Source of the DNA: Dehalococcoidia bacterium
GTDB lineage: Bacteria > Chloroflexota > Dehalococcoidia > Lucifugimonadales > UBA3495
Direction of reading: 5' to 3'
Assembly: GCA_965220505.1 (NCBI GenBank)
Contig: CBDCQE010000001.1
Coordinates: 1,115,082 to 1,179,081 of the forward strand
DNA length: 64,000 nucleotides
In this document: piece by piece, positions 61,133 to 64,000 of the stretch
Numbering within the stretch: position 1 is the stretch's first letter
How the letters are laid out: every line of letters starts with the position of its first letter
Made by a program: the position numbers and the translations under genes
Notes under the pieces: generated by a model
What the model was told of the DNA's origin: nothing
Seen by the model: the letters and a program-made list of their open reading frames with translations, nothing else
The model's database searches: none

Positions 61133-62956
61133 TCAGCTGATCCATTTGTACCAGAGCAGCACCGCGTAGGCAGCTATTATCAGCAAGCCGATTACAACCG
61201 ACACGCCCCGTTCAAATCGGCGGCTTCTGGGATCGCGAAAGATTACGCCGTAACCCTCCGGCCCCTCCTGGGTGTCCAGGACCAGGTTGGCGCGGTCCCG
61301 ATGCAAGTCCCACACGTTGACAATGAGGAAGATTATCACCGCCGGGAACAGCGCGCTGAATACCTCATACAGGAATGCCGTCCATCCCGAGACCTCAGGC
61401 CGGGACAGCAAGGACAGCAGCACGGTGCTGCCGCCGAAAATGATGAGGGCAAATAGCTCGCCAAAGTCCACGCCCTGCTGGCGGGAGTGGACCATCATGT
61501 TGAGCTGGGTCTCGGCGTTGGCCAACAGCCGGCGGTCGGCGACGGGCAGGTCCACGGCGGCGGCCTGAACGAAACAGAATTTGACCCGAGTGTAGGCACG
61601 TCGCAGTTCTTCGACGTTCCGGGAGCCGTCGACGGCGCGGAGATGTTCGCTGGCCTCGGGAGCGATCAGGCGGCGGCGGGCCAGCAGTTCCAGGTTGCGG
61701 TGCAAGGCGAAGATGCGGTTGTCCTCGTCCTGGGTGCGTGGAGCGATGCGGGCGACGCGGAAGGTGAGCAGCAGGATAAAGACAGTGGCCGAGAAGCCCA
61801 GGGCGCCCAGGTAGGTCTCCCGAGGCCAGAGCCAGCCGCCAAAGGGGAGGTAGATTAGGAATTCGTCGCGGAGATAGACGAAGGCGCCACAGCCCCAGAG
61901 GGCCAGCATCAAAGCTTTAAACCCAAAACGTATATCAGCCTCAAAGTTGATAAGGAGATTTGTGGAGATGATGGCGACTGCGCCGATGACCAAGTAGTCA
62001 ACACGGAGCACATCAACCTTTCCGAACACCGCAAGCCAAGCGAGGCTAGCGACCGGTATCGCGTACCCAAGCGCGTTGATACCAAGATTCGTGGTGACCA
62101 TATTGGCCTTGCGTAGCAGGATGCTCGCAGGAGCATGCAAGAGCAAACCACCCAATGCGGCGACTGTAAGCATACTAAGGTTTACGGGGCCTCCCGAAGC
62201 GAAACCGATCCCGGCGTTCATCACTGCAACCAAGAAGCTGCTGATCCCGAACCCAAGAATCACTCCAAAAAAGACCGTACCGTCATTGCCTAAATGAAAA
62301 CGGGCCGCCTCCTTCAGCCTTCCGGCCAACTCCCTACCCCACACAAATGGGAAAGCACCAAGAGAGGCTGCGACCGCTGCCAGAAGCGCAAGAAAGACAC
62401 CGAACAGGATGTCGGAAAAAAGCACTCCATCGAAACTGACAAAATCCTCGGTCTGGCTGCCGACTACCAGGACAAAGCCTCCTAACGCTACAACCAGAAA
62501 GAGAAAGATGGATTGGAAATTCCTCCGATAGACCCTTTCTTCACGGAGCAGCCAGCCAGTCAGCAGTATGAAGAATACGGGCCATGTTTCGAGAAGGATC
62601 GCAGCAATTGAAACATCGACGAAGCGAGTCGCCCAAGCGAACAGAGCATAGTCAAAATTTCCGATAGTGGCCCAGAAGATTGCCCAACTCGCGGTGTGGC
62701 GGGCGGCCAAGGAAATCACCACCGGGTCCATGATCAACGACCGGTAGAGCGCCAACAAGACTAGGGCACAACCCCCGGCAACCCCCAATCTCCACGCCGC
62801 ATTGAACAGGAACGGATTCTCAAAACCGCCGGCCTGGCTAATCAACAACGGTACGAGCGAATAAAAAAACACCGCCATGAGCATATAGCCGGCGGCGAGA
62901 TTGTTATTTGAATCCCTATTTGTGGACTCAGCAGCCATGACAACGGATTGTAGCAC
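61133..62956 (-). CDS. ~15-TM membrane protein of unrecognised family, tandem paralog 2
   Basis: It is collinear with paralog 1 throughout (e.g. LINFEADIRFGFKALMLALWGCGAFVYLRDE vs LINSEAEVRFGFKALLLALWTCGAFVYLRDD; ends LLWYKWIS). The start is uncertain (GTG 62956 or ATG 62938). Confidence 0.7.
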   Translation of the reverse strand: MLQSVVMAAESTNRDSNNNLAAGYMLMAVFFYSLVPLLISQAGGFENPFLFNAAWRLGVAGGCALVLLALYRSLIMDPVVISLAARHTASWAIFWATIGNFDYALFAWATRFVDVSIAAILLETWPVFFILLTGWLLREERVYRRNFQSIFLFLVVALGGFVLVVGSQTEDFVSFDGVLFSDILFGVFLALLAAVAASLGAFPFVWGRELAGRLKEAARFHLGNDGTVFFGVILGFGISSFLVAVMNAGIGFASGGPVNLSMLTVAALGGLLLHAPASILLRKANMVTTNLGINALGYAIPVASLAWLAVFGKVDVLRVDYLVIGAVAIISTNLLINFEADIRFGFKALMLALWGCGAFVYLRDEFLIYLPFGGWLWPRETYLGALGFSATVFILLLTFRVARIAPRTQDEDNRIFALHRNLELLARRRLIAPEASEHLRAVDGSRNVEELRRAYTRVKFCFVQAAAVDLPVADRRLLANAETQLNMMVHSRQQGVDFGELFALIIFGGSTVLLSLLSRPEVSGWTAFLYEVFSALFPAVIIFLIVNVWDLHRDRANLVLDTQEGPEGYGVIFRDPRSRRFERGVSVVIGLLIIAAYAVLLWYKWIS

Positions 62957-63194
62957 GGCGATTAAGACCGCCTTGCCACGCTCATAGTAGGCGACTATAT
63001 TGTTGCGCTGGTGGAGAACGCTGCCGAGGGATAGAAATGGCTATTGCAGAGATAAGCGAGTTTCGGATGCATGACCAGGTGTTCGGCGCGACGGACTTTC
63101 CGGCGCTGGCACTGGTACAAGGTGGGTTGGGCAGCGGGCGGTAGGAACCCGAGTGTAACCCGGTCAACCACTTGTGGAAGCGGTTGATCGTGCG

Positions 63195-63902
63195 CTAACG
63201 TCCTCCGCGCAGCCGACGCAACTCGGCTTGCAGTTCCCGCACTTGCGCCTCCGCGGTTTCTGCCCGGGCGGTCTGTGATTGGAAGGTTGGGATGTGCTCT
63301 CCGGTAGCGGGATCATGCCAACCCAGATAGCCGCCATCAACCCTCAGGATCAAGTTCAGCGCCGCGCTATAACCCTGGAACACGCCGGCCCGGATCTCGT
63401 GCATCTCTATCTCCTCGTATTTCCCATCCACCAACCGGTAACCCCGCAACGTGAACCCGTAGAACCGACCTTCGCTGTCGAACAGCCAGTATTCAGATAC
63501 GCCCAGCCGCTCGTAGTAATCCTTCTTCGGCCCCAGATCGTCGTTGGAAGTGCGTTGGGAGGCCACCTCCAGGATGAAGTCCGGCGGCTTGGCCTGCTCG
63601 GACACGACGTAGCCGTTGCGGGCCTCGTAGGCGGCGGGGTCAGCGTCGAAGGCCACCAGCAGGTCCGGGTAGCGGCAGTCGTTGGGGTCGTAGTCTGGCC
63701 CGAGGATGACGTAGCGTTCGCCGGTGACCAGGGTGGTGTCGTGGTTGCCCAGGTATTGAGAAAGGTGGTGGGTCTGACCCGGTTCGTGCAGATGTTTTAC
63801 GGAGGTCATGTCGTCGGGATGACGCTGCGGGATGTCGGGCAGGGGGAAGGGTTGGGCCGGGGCGGATGCCGCGGGCGGGTTGGCGGGTCGTGCTGTGGTC
63901 AT
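63195..63902 (-). CDS. Uma2 family (DUF820) endonuclease with coiled-coil tail, second copy
   Basis: YPDLLVAFDADP...PPDFILEVASQRT...KKDYYERLGVSEYWLFD. The C-terminus is ARAETAEAQVRELQAELRRLRGGR. Confidence 0.8.
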   Translation of the reverse strand: MTTARPANPPAASAPAQPFPLPDIPQRHPDDMTSVKHLHEPGQTHHLSQYLGNHDTTLVTGERYVILGPDYDPNDCRYPDLLVAFDADPAAYEARNGYVVSEQAKPPDFILEVASQRTSNDDLGPKKDYYERLGVSEYWLFDSEGRFYGFTLRGYRLVDGKYEEIEMHEIRAGVFQGYSAALNLILRVDGGYLGWHDPATGEHIPTFQSQTARAETAEAQVRELQAELRRLRGGR

Positions 63903-64000
63903 GCTGAACCTCGACGGACGGGGTCAGGTGCGATCAGGCGAGGGTATCGTACTGGACCGGATCATACCATTCTTGAAGCACTATGGCCTGACGGCAACGG

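Noticed and set aside
62957-63194. 36-aa plus-strand ORF (ATG near 63038) between the membrane paralog and Uma2.
   Set aside because: No RBS, it is very short, it lies opposite to all neighbours, and nothing supports conservation.

Overview
High-GC bacterial chromosomal segment. I estimate about 60-65% GC by eye. Gene content (Uma2 endonucleases, FTR-like protein, ThyX) and the dispersed repeat families suggest a Chloroflexota-like organism, but this is unverified inference. I support about 60 protein genes, 2 tRNAs (Glu-CUC and the selenocysteine tRNA selC), several intrinsic terminators and three families of short dispersed repeats. The backbone is paralog-rich organic-acid and amide catabolism: 3 acetolactate-synthase-like TPP enzymes, 3 tandem CitE/HpcH-like lyases, an ADP-forming acyl-CoA synthetase, MmgE/PrpD, an LLM oxidoreductase, formamidase and 2 tandem M20 amidohydrolases. 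It also holds a 2-oxoacid dehydrogenase operon, lutABC and glycerate kinase, plus housekeeping genes (Tat, thioredoxin, NifS-like desulfurase, ThyX, ECF sigma/anti-sigma). Small accessory inserts interrupt this backbone: a BglII-like type II R-M pair, a CHAT-like/NB-ARC/TPR STAND NTPase, an HsdR_N-like nuclease with hicBA, an MNT-HEPN pair and two Uma2 endonucleases. The strongest observation concerns the ferredoxin:thioredoxin-reductase-like ORF. It ends at a UGA that sits exactly on the last Cys of the CPC...CxC...CHC motif. The frame stays open for 52 more codons. A hairpin with the E. coli fdhF-type GCAGGUCUGC SECIS apex follows the UGA, and selC lies 5.5 kb away next to trxA. This points to a selenocysteine-containing FTR-like protein. 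Other notable items: a membrane-anchored repeat/gluzincin gene split by a 1-nt frameshift in an A-run, a RlmD-Maf fusion, two tandem paralogous ~15-TM proteins of unknown family, an AT-richer iteron-like region beside an orphan HTH gene, and a tandem-domain ThyX.
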